NCBI GenBank assembly: GCA_043228905.1
Contig: JBHGNT010000010.1
Coordinates: 12,214,001 to 12,278,000, forward strand
Origin: Azolla caroliniana
Taxonomy: Eukaryota > Plantae > Polypodiophyta
Direction of reading: 5' to 3'
Length of the DNA: 64,000 bases
Program-made: the position numbers and the translations under genes
Notes under the pieces: generated by a model
Told to the model about the DNA's origin: nothing
The model's database searches: none
What the model saw: only the letters and a program-made list of their open reading frames with translations
Shown: positions 33,361 through 43,229 of the stretch, one piece after another
Position numbering within the stretch: position 1 is the stretch's first letter
How the letters are laid out: every line of letters starts with the position of its first letter

Positions 33361-36300
33361 ATGGCCTCTCTGAACCATGTTGCAATCAATACTGATAATC
33401 TTGGACTGCTCAGAGTCACTGAGCTGAGCGACAAAGACTATAAACGTATTCCAGATCCCATCAAAACCCATGTAGAGATGGTGAATGGTGAAGGTGGGTT
33501 TAGCTATGGATTTCACTTCAGAGCAGAACCCAATAACAGAACAGGGGATGTGAATGATAGGAGGAACCCACTCAGGATTCCTGATGATGGATCATTCAAT
33601 AGGGATTCTTTGCAGACAATGATGGATGGGATGGTGGACACTTTCAATTTGGAATCGTCATCTCTGAATCTGGATGCTCTGTTTTATATGTTGCAAGACT
33701 GTAGAGCAAAGAGAGATGGAGAATGTGCCAAGAGAGCTCATTTCCATGCTTGTTCCATTGGTTTGGAAGCACACATTCTACTTGGGAATTGTCTCATCCC
33801 TGTGCTTGTCGATTGCAGATGTTTCCTTGACGCCAAGAGAGTTCTTGTCAAGTTGCCGATTCGGAATGAATATTCATGGACGTCCGTCATCCAAGGGTGT
33901 AATGAATGGGGAGAATCATACCATGCCTTTGCATTGTTCGAGAAGATGCAAGATGAACATGTTCACCCTAGTATATTCACCTTTATCGCTCTTCTTAAAG
34001 CGTGTGCAAAGGTGAAAGACATGAAGAAAGGTCGAAAGTTGCATTTAGAGATCACTAAACATTCATATGAGAGAGACTCTCATGTTGGGAACATCTTGAT
34101 CGATATGTATGCCAAGTGCGGATCACTCACAGAAGCTCACTATATCTTCACGAGCCTTGCAATCCGAGATGTGGTCTCATGGAACACGATGATGGCTGGC
34201 TATGTGGAGCACAGGTACGACGAAGAAGCCTTAGAGCTTCTTGATGAAATGCGAGATGCTGATATGTGTCCAAATCATGTCACATTCATATGTGGTTTAA
34301 AAGCATGCGGAAATAGTAGGGCATTAAAGAAGGGCCAAGCACTACATACAGAAATTGCATGTGAGGGCTATGATAGTGCCTTCAGCAACATTGGAAGCAC
34401 TTTGATTGATATGTATGTCAAATGTGGCTTGATGATAGAGGCTCAGGATGTGTTTGACAATCTTGGAGAGCGAGATGCTGTTGCTTGGAATGCGTTGATC
34501 GTAGGGTATGCAGAACATAGCCGCGGAAAAGAAGCGTTAGGCTTCCTGGAGAAAATGAAGGCACAAGCTATGTCTCCGGATGTTGTGGCACTTGCTTATG
34601 GTATAAAAGCTTGTAGCAGGATTGGAGACATTGGCAATGGCCATGCGATACACATGGAGAGTGTGAAACATGGCCTAGAAACAGATGATCTTATTGGAAG
34701 CACACTAGTCGACATGTATGCAAAATTGGGATCGGTGGAAGAGGCACAGGAAGTGTTCAATAAGATGCCTTCTCGAGGCATTGTGCCCTGGACAGCGCTT
34801 ATTATTGGGTATGCGGATTGTGGACTTGGTGAAGTAGCGTTGAACTGCTTCAGGAATATGCAGTTAGAGGGGATTCCAGCTAATGACGTGACCCTTGTTT
34901 GTTGTTTAAAAGCATGCAGTAGCTTAGAAAACAGTAGAATGGGTAGAGAACTACATATTCTGGCAGTAAAAGAGGGCTATGAGAGGAACCCTTTTGTAGG
35001 TGCAGCTCTGGTGGATATGTATGCCAAGAGTGGATCACTTGGAGAAGCACAAGCCTCACTCCTCCGGTTGCCCTCCCGTGGTGTCGTTGTGTGGACAGCA
35101 CTCATCGCTGGTTATGTGAAAGAGGGACTAGGGGAGGAAGCACTGTACACAATGAAACAAATGCAAGGGGAAGGGATAGTCCCTAATGAGGTCACATTTG
35201 CTTGCAGTCTGAAAGCTTGTAGCACCCTAGGAGCTATAGAATCTGGCCAAGAATTGCATGCGAGCATTGTCGTTGAGGGGTTTGAAGAAGAACCTTATGT
35301 TGGGAGTATTCTCGTAGATATGTATGCCAAGTGTGGCTTTGTCGCAGAGGCACGAGAAGTGTTTGATAATCTTCCATCTCGGGATCTTTCCACATGGAAT
35401 ACACTCATGGCAGTGTATGCTGAACATGACTTCCCGGATGAAGCTTTGATGTGCTTCGAGCGCATGCAGCTTGAGGGTATTGCTCCCAACCCGGTCACTT
35501 TTGTGTTGGCTTTGAAAGGTTGTGGCAGCTTGCGTGCATTCAACAAAGGCCAAGAGATTGTTAGTCAGATAACCATGGAGGGACTCGACAAAGAACTTTT
35601 TATTTGCAATGCGTTAGTAGATTTTTATGCAAAGTGTGGCTGTCTCGTAGATGCACATGAAGCATTTGATGAGCTTCTGTTTAAAGATGTGGTATCTTGG
35701 ACGTCTCTTATCACTGGATATGTCGACTATGGATTTGGCGAAGCAGCCCTCGATTGTTTCATGCAGATGAAATCTGAAGGTTTGCTGCCAGATCCAGGGA
35801 TGTTTGTTAGCTGCTTAAAAGCTTGTGGTAGTGTTGGATCCATAGTAAGGGGCCAAGAAATACACAATGAAGTGGCTTTAGAAGGCTTCGAGAATGATTT
35901 CCTTGTTGGGAATAGTTTAGTAGACATGTATGCAAAATGCGGCTGGCTTGTTGAAGCACAAGCGATATTCGATAAGTTGCCGAACCGAGATATTGTCTCT
36001 TGGACTGCACTTATTGGCGGCTATGCCGAACATGGACATACTGCCAAAGGATTGAGTTGTTTCCAAGAGATGCAACTGAAGGGTATTACCCCAGACGTGA
36101 TATCATGGAATAATCTAATTCTGGGTTATTCTGAGCAAGGAGACTGTGAGAATGCACATAAATTCTACACACAAATGCAAGAGCAGGGCTTGATGCCGAA
36201 CAAAGTGACTGTAACCAACCACTTGAAAGCATGTGGCTCCACTGCAGCTCTCAAGATTGGCCGACGTCTTGTCACTCGAATCTACGGAGAAGCTGGGATC

Positions 36301-36933
36301 GAAATGGTGGAAATAATCCTTGCAAATGCTGTAGTTGACATGTATGGACGATGTGGAAGCATGAGCGAGGCTAGGAAGGCATTTAACGAGATGCCAAGGA
36401 AGCAACGTGTGACATGGAATGGTCTTCTCACTGGATATGCCCGGCAAGGTGAGTATGAAACTGTCTTCGAGTTGTTGGCCAGAATGGTCAAAGAGGAAAG
36501 GATCCAACCGAACGAAGTTACATTTCTTGCTGTTCTCATTGCATGTAACCACTCGGGGCTTGTCAAGAAGGGAAAAATGTACTTCGAGATGATGATTGAT
36601 GATTATGGCCTTGAACGAACCATAATGCATTACAATTGTATGATCGATCTATTTGGCCGTGCTGGCCTACTTAATGATGTTGTGTTGTTACTTCACATGA
36701 TGCCTTTCGAACCCAATGATGTAACATGGATCACAGTGTTGAGCGCATCACAAAAGTGGAGCAATGTGAGTCTGGGTAGGCATGCTTTTGAAAAGCTAAT
36801 GAGAGGAGGTGACAGAAACACCGCAGCATTGGTCACAATGGCTAACATATATGCAAATGCTCACATGTGGGATGAAGTGAAGGAAATTGAGGCAATGAGT
36901 TTGTGGAGAGAGCTTTGTTCACAAATATCCTAA
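33361..36933 (+). CDS. PLS-class PPR protein, ~30 motifs plus E1/E2, no DYW (candidate organellar RNA-editing specificity factor)
   Basis: Repeated LVDMYAKCG/SWTALI.GY/TF...LKAC triplets, P2-L2-S2 (FLAVLIACNHSG, HYNCMIDLFGRAG), E1 TWITVLSASQKW, E2 ALVTMANIYANA. Start is uncertain; the frame is open from 33259. Confidence 0.93.
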   Translation: MASLNHVAINTDNLGLLRVTELSDKDYKRIPDPIKTHVEMVNGEGGFSYGFHFRAEPNNRTGDVNDRRNPLRIPDDGSFNRDSLQTMMDGMVDTFNLESSSLNLDALFYMLQDCRAKRDGECAKRAHFHACSIGLEAHILLGNCLIPVLVDCRCFLDAKRVLVKLPIRNEYSWTSVIQGCNEWGESYHAFALFEKMQDEHVHPSIFTFIALLKACAKVKDMKKGRKLHLEITKHSYERDSHVGNILIDMYAKCGSLTEAHYIFTSLAIRDVVSWNTMMAGYVEHRYDEEALELLDEMRDADMCPNHVTFICGLKACGNSRALKKGQALHTEIACEGYDSAFSNIGSTLIDMYVKCGLMIEAQDVFDNLGERDAVAWNALIVGYAEHSRGKEALGFLEKMKAQAMSPDVVALAYGIKACSRIGDIGNGHAIHMESVKHGLETDDLIGSTLVDMYAKLGSVEEAQEVFNKMPSRGIVPWTALIIGYADCGLGEVALNCFRNMQLEGIPANDVTLVCCLKACSSLENSRMGRELHILAVKEGYERNPFVGAALVDMYAKSGSLGEAQASLLRLPSRGVVVWTALIAGYVKEGLGEEALYTMKQMQGEGIVPNEVTFACSLKACSTLGAIESGQELHASIVVEGFEEEPYVGSILVDMYAKCGFVAEAREVFDNLPSRDLSTWNTLMAVYAEHDFPDEALMCFERMQLEGIAPNPVTFVLALKGCGSLRAFNKGQEIVSQITMEGLDKELFICNALVDFYAKCGCLVDAHEAFDELLFKDVVSWTSLITGYVDYGFGEAALDCFMQMKSEGLLPDPGMFVSCLKACGSVGSIVRGQEIHNEVALEGFENDFLVGNSLVDMYAKCGWLVEAQAIFDKLPNRDIVSWTALIGGYAEHGHTAKGLSCFQEMQLKGITPDVISWNNLILGYSEQGDCENAHKFYTQMQEQGLMPNKVTVTNHLKACGSTAALKIGRRLVTRIYGEAGIEMVEIILANAVVDMYGRCGSMSEARKAFNEMPRKQRVTWNGLLTGYARQGEYETVFELLARMVKEERIQPNEVTFLAVLIACNHSGLVKKGKMYFEMMIDDYGLERTIMHYNCMIDLFGRAGLLNDVVLLLHMMPFEPNDVTWITVLSASQKWSNVSLGRHAFEKLMRGGDRNTAALVTMANIYANAHMWDEVKEIEAMSLWRELCSQIS

Positions 36934-38554
36934 AAATATACTGCTGTTAAAGAGTACACACACACACATGGAATGTACTCTGATCACAAATTGTAAACTG
37001 CCTAACCTTTAGGTTTGCACGAACATAGCCATTGCAATGTTGTTTAAAACCTAAAACATTTGACCATTATTTTTTCATATCGTGATTTGGTCTCCTGTAT
37101 TTTACTACGAAGGAATAAAGTTGTGAATATGCTTGGCCTTCTGAAGGTGTTCATGTACAAAAATCATGGAAACGTAGGATTGATGTCCTTCAGAACCCTT
37201 ATATAAAGACAATTGACATTTGCAAGACAATTATAAGATATGCCAGTAGGAGAATTTGTTCTGCATATTATGTATCAGCATATCCAGGTGCATTGTAATT
37301 TGCTATATCCTGGGAAAGGTTAAAATGTGATAATTTTTCCAGAGATTCTGTACCAGTGTAGAAGATAAGTATCCACCTTTGATGCAAATTGTATGATGTA
37401 AGGATCCACCTATGATGCAAATTGTATGATGTATGTGCATGCTTATGCTCTAGTAAAATAGTGAGTTTATGCATGGTCCATTTCTTCTCAGAACTGAAAA
37501 CAATGTACCAATAACATGGATAGATGGGTGAAAAAACGAAGTGCTATGGAGAATCTTTTTCAATGAGGCATCCTTTAATATTTTTCACCATTTTCCCTTT
37601 AGTAAGGCATGCAAAAAATTTGTATCAGAATGTTTTCATGCATCCAAGTAGTGATTCCGAAATACATTTTTTGTATGTTCTGTCCTTGCAAATGCCTTTT
37701 CAAACATCAAACCAAATCAACACTGTAGAGAATATGACAATTTAATGTGATATTATTGCATACTACTATTGCGCATGAAAAACTAAAAGTATCACAACAT
37801 TGAACCCATAACATGTTAGGGATTTAATTTTTGATGCTAAAGGTATTATCATTAAGATAAACACAAAAAGGATTTGCTAATGTAGTGGGTGTCACATTCA
37901 TGACCATTTGTAGCATCAACTCTCCTACACTTTGTAACCCTCTCCCTTATGGATCTCCCATAATATCTCCTCTTGTTTCGGCATCTTAAACCAAATGTGA
38001 GAGCTTTAGCATCCACAATTGCATGGATTGTTGTGCATTCATGATCAAAAGGACATGGAGCAATGTGTTGATCCTAACTCTTTATATTATTGTTGTTCAC
38101 TCAATCATCCAACTCACCCTAGTCATTGTGATTGACTAGGGAGTGTTGGGCAAACAACCACATGTCGAGCTTTGGTCCCTAAGATCTCATCTTTGAAGAA
38201 GAAACCAATTGGATCTTGGGCAACGTTTGAGTGAGAATGCTCATCAAACACACACCGAGGCCGCATATGTGTGTAAGCACATATGTATCGTGAGTAACAA
38301 ACAGCGAATAGTCCGCCCAAAACTGTAGAGTTTGTGGACTGGTTGTCTAGACATATCTCCCTTCTCCTGCCAGAACCGATAAGAGCACACAATGGGCGAA
38401 TGCATAGATACATTAGATAGATAGATAACATGGGTGCAAGAGGTTATGCATAATAATACCAAATGCTGTGCTATGGCAGAAGAGAGGCTGGAAGAGGCTG
38501 TGTATAATCATACCAAATGCTGTGCTATGGCAGAACAGAGGTAGTGAGGTTTCC

Positions 38555-41095
38555 ATGTCTTCTGCCAAAGAAACCAAACTCCTGTGGGATGAGTTCTTCA
38601 CGGATCCATCTCAATTCTGGGACAATAGGAATGATAAGGTAAAGATGACAAAAGAACACGTCTCTCTTTTCTACTTTCGTTGTTGTGCATCTTAGCGCGT
38701 TTTCTAATCTTGGGTGATCCTGCAGAGAAGCTCAAACTCCCCTGATTTCAGGCATAAAATAACAAGAAAACCATTATGGATTGATGGATGGCACACCCCG
38801 CCTTCAGTTGAGGTTAAGCTGAAAGAGATACGTTTTCACAGTGATGATGGGTACTCACAGGGATTGCGGTTTCATGATCGTGTAAATCTTCTCGACCTCA
38901 TCAAGTCGTGTGGGATCAAGAAGAACCTCTCTAAGGTAAAAGAGATACATGCCAAAGCACTTGACAGTGGCTTAATTGTGAACGATGCTTATATTGCAAC
39001 CGCCCTGATTAGAACATATGCCAAGTGTGGTGCTTTGGAAGAAGCACTAGAAGTGTTTGAAAGAATTCCAGCTCCCAACATCGTGTCTTGGACCGCTCTC
39101 ATCTCTGGGTATGTGGAGCATGGGCAGGGCCACCAAGCCTTGGAATGCTTTGGGAAGATGTGTGATGAAGGTGTGCGTCCGAGTGCAATTACATATGCAT
39201 GCCTCCTGAAAGCTTGTGGCATCGTGAGATTTCTTGATGTCGGGGAATGTATAGACATCGAGATCAGGAAGCAAGGACTATTGAAAAAGGATGTTGTGCT
39301 TGGCACTGCTCTGGTAGACATGTATTCCAAATGTGGTGCATTAGACAAAGCACAAGAAGTGTTCGATGAGCTCCTGATTCGGAATGTCGTGACTTGGAAT
39401 GCCCTCATTACTGGGTATGTACGACATGGGCTTGGTGATGAAGCCTTGAGATGCTTCAGGCAAATGCGAGATGAAGAATTTTGTTCGCCGAATGCGTTGA
39501 GTTATGCCAGTATTTTGAAAGCTTGTGGCATGGTTAAATCGCTAGACACTGGAGAATGTATAGATGCTGATATCAGAAAGGAAGGATTACTGGAGAAAGA
39601 TGTCGTGCTCGGCACTGCATTAGTTGACATGTATTCCAAGTGTGGTGCATTGGAGAAAGCACAACAAGTTTTCGAGCATCTTTCAGTGCGGGATGTTGTA
39701 ACTTGGAATGCTCTGATTGCTGGATACACTCAGTATGGGCTTGGTGATGAAGCTTTGGAATGCTTTCGAAAGATGCAAGATGAAGGGGTTTGTCCAAACA
39801 GTGTCACGTATATCTCCACATTGAAAGCTTGTGGCCTCGCTAGATCTCTAGAGATTGGCAAAGCTATTGATGCTGAGGTCAGGAAGCAAGGTCTTTTGGT
39901 GAAGAACATTGCGCTTGGCAATACGTTGGTGGGTATGTATGCCAAGTGTGGTGCACTGGAGGAAGCTGAAGAGGTATTCGAACATATGTGGATGCGGAAT
40001 GCTGTATCCTGGAATGCACTGATTGCGGGATATGTTGAGCAGGGTCTCGGCCTTAAAGCCATTAAATGCTTCAGGCAAATGCAAGATGATGAAGTAGTTT
40101 GTCCAGATACAGTAACTTACATCTGTGTTTTGAAAGCATGTGGCATTATTAGATCTGTAGAGATTGGGGAAGATATTCATGGTCAAGTCAGGAAGGAAGG
40201 ATTATTGCAGAAAGACATTATGCTCGGCACAGCATTTGTAGACATGTATTCCAAATGTGGTGCATTGGAGAAAGCACGAGAAGTATTCGAACAACTGCCG
40301 GGACGGAATGTTGTGACTTGGAATGTGCTAATAACTGGGTATGCCCATCATTCTTTGGGTGATGAAGTCTTAGAATGTTTCAGGGAGATGAAAGATGAGG
40401 GAGTTTGTCCAGATGTGGTAACATACATGTGTGTCTTGAAAGCTTCTGGCATTCTAGGGTCTGTAAAGATTGGGGAAGATATAGATGTCGAGATCAGGAA
40501 GCAGAGTTTGTTGCCAAAAGACGTCGTGCTTGGCACGGCATTGTTGGACATGTATTCCAAATGTGGCACACTAATGAAATCACGAGAAGTTTTCGAAGAG
40601 CTTCCTGTGAAGAGCATCGTGCCGTGGAATGCATTGGTTGCTGGATATGCCCAGTTAGGTGACGTGAATGCGGTTTTCGACTTGTATGGAAAGATGCGAA
40701 CTGAAGGTATTATGCCGGATTCGGTTACCTTCATCGTATTGTTGACTGCATGTAGCCATGCTGGGCTACTAGAGGATGGAGAAAAGGTGTTTGAGGAAAT
40801 GCTGAGTGTGCATCATCTCACTCCAACTGTAGAACACTACACTTGTATGGTTGATCTGTTCGGACGTGCTGGGCATTCTGAAAAGGCGAAAGGCTTTCTT
40901 GACAAGGTCTCACATTCGGACCGTCTTCCACTGCTCTTGATTATATTGGCCACTTGTCAGAACTGGATTGATGTGAATCTTGGGAGATGGGCATTCGAGC
41001 AATCAATACAGTTGGATGAAAAATGTACTGCTGCGTATATTTGTATGCAAAATATCTATGCAGCCTCTGGCATGCAAAATATACACATGGAATAG
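38555..41095 (+). CDS. OSB-type PDF motif fused to a PLS-class PPR protein (20 motifs, E1 plus partial E2); join(38555..38638,38726..41095), ~817 aa
   Basis: The spliced N-terminus LWDEFFTDPSQFWDNRNDK|RSSNSPDFRHKITRKPLWIDGWHTPPSVEVKL is followed in frame by L-S-P triplets, P2-L2-S2 and E1. The true start may lie further upstream. Confidence 0.88.
38639..38725 (+). other. 87-bp phase-0 GT-AG intron inside the PDF motif
   Basis: Donor AAG|GTAAAG, branch-like TTCTAAT at 38702, acceptor TGCAG|AGA; contains an in-frame TAG (38693). Confidence 0.85.
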
Positions 41096-43205
41096 ATTCT
41101 TTGTGAATCGGTCGATAATCTGGTGTGAAAAGTATCTATACGTTGTGGTTGGTTGTGCAATATTGGTTATCAAATTGAAATATCCTGGAGAGTGAGAAAT
41201 GATCACATTGAAATATCCTGGAGACCAATAATCCATTGGTTCCCATCTTATGTATCCCAATCTTCAATTCATACAAGCCGGCGTCTCAAGGGTGATGCAT
41301 TAAGAAGCCATTGGTTGTCTCCATCTTGTTATATATCTCATCTTCCATTCATATAAATAAGCTAGCATTTCGAAGGATGTACTTAGGCTTTATGTATTAA
41401 AGCGCAATGTCAAAAAATTGCCTTTGCCCATCACCCACAGTTTATTGATCATAACTCATGAGGTTAGCTGTTGAAATTGTAGTAAAGCTTGTGGTTTGCG
41501 CCATCAAAGTTATTAATTCAAGCCAACACTGGATTTAATGTTGTGACAACCAACGTCTCCCAGCTATCTGGGAGGGAACCGAGCAGCAGCAACGGGAGTA
41601 CCTCGTCGGCCAGAGGTACTTCCAACGAAGTTGTTTGGTTTATCAGCCCTTGGAAGGCATTGTGCTCCGCCGTACTGGAGCCATCTTGATATCTAAGTCT
41701 CACCAACTTCCGAAAGACCGAGACTCGATTTACGACATTCTTGTTCTCAAACACGATGCCTATCTTCTCCCAGAGTTCATGAGCCTTACTCTCTTCATTG
41801 AAGTTGTTATACAAGCTCATGTCGATGAAGCATCGAATATAGGTTGTCGTCTTCATATGCATTATCTCCCATGTTGATGCATCAATCTTGTCTGGTCTTT
41901 TGTCCTTGAACCGTACTAACAACCAGAGAGATCTTTAACCACGAGCATGTTACGAAGGCACTACGGCTCTTCTGTGTGCACAACGGATCGTGATGTGTTG
42001 GATCGTTCAATGCTCAAGACAGAAAGGGGAAGGGGAAGGAGACTTACCTTTGCACAGTCCAAAAGCTTCTACTTCATTACACGCAAAGCTCAACTTGCTC
42101 TCGTCAGTTTTCTGTTTTCTGGTTTTCTTACTCTCTCTACACTACACTCACTCTCACGCTTACTACTTACTATACTTACTTTTTACCTAAGTACATAAGT
42201 GACTTATATATGCAACTAATTAGCTGTCAGTAGCTAAATAATTGTGCATAGCTAAATAGTTGTTTCACCTTTATGTCCACTAGTAGCTAATGAGCTAATA
42301 TAGCTTATTTCTCAATAAGCATCACATACCTTTGTTGAGCTTGCTTCTCAACACTCCCCCTCAAGCTCAACTTATTCTTTCTTGAGGTCATCTTCAATCT
42401 TCTTTTCTTCATGCTTTTCAGCTACCATGTCGATGGTTATAACTCCCATCATGTCTCTAAACTGTGTATGTTTTTCCATGTTCAATCCCTTCGTAAGAAT
42501 ATCATCCACTTGTTGATTTGTACTTACATACAGTAGATCCACTTCTCCATCAATCACTTTTTCTCTAATAAAGTGATAATGCACTTCAATGTGCTTTGTT
42601 CTTGCATGGAACACTAGGTTTTTTGCCAGCTGAATGTTGCTCATATTGTCACACCAAATTGTGACAACACCATCTATATATTCTCCCAAATCATAAAGCA
42701 ATTTTCTGATCCATACTTCTTCACAAGTAGCTATTGCAGCTCCTCTGTACTCAGCTTCAGTACTTGACAATACAACAATAGCTTGTTTCTTGCTACTGCA
42801 TGAAATAACTGCACTTCCTAGTGTAAACATATATCCACTTGTGGATCTTTTGTCAATTTGGCTTCCAAACCCCAATCAACATCTGTATATCCTTCCAGCT
42901 TTATGTCCAGATCAACCTTGTAAAACAGTCCATAGTTCTTAGTAGCTTTTACATACCTCAAAATTCTTCTTATGCAGTCCAAATGTGGCTTTGTTGGCTG
43001 TAGCATAAATTGGCTGACTAATCCAACTGCATAACTCAAATCAGGTCTTGTTATGGTCAAATATATGAGGCTGCCCACCATAGACCTGTACATGTTTACA
43101 TCTTCTATTTTGGCTCCCAAATCAGCCCTCAATTTGCAGTTCTTATCTAGTGGTATACCAATAGGTTTGCATCCAAGCATACCATACTTCTTCAACATAG
43201 TTGTT

Positions 43206-43229
43206 GGGTTTAGGGTTTAGGGTTTAGGG
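43206..43229 (+). repeat. Interstitial plant telomere-type repeat (TTTAGGG)x3
   Basis: gggtttagggtttagggtttaggg interrupts the copia C RT frame. Confidence 0.8.

Noticed and set aside
37370-37432. 33-bp tandem duplication between the PPR genes (similar 31-bp one at ~41173-41224)
   Set aside because: Two-copy local duplications with no further structure.
38714-38725. GTG start of the 793-aa PPR ORF in the track
   Set aside because: It lies within the predicted intron; the real reading frame includes the upstream PDF exon.
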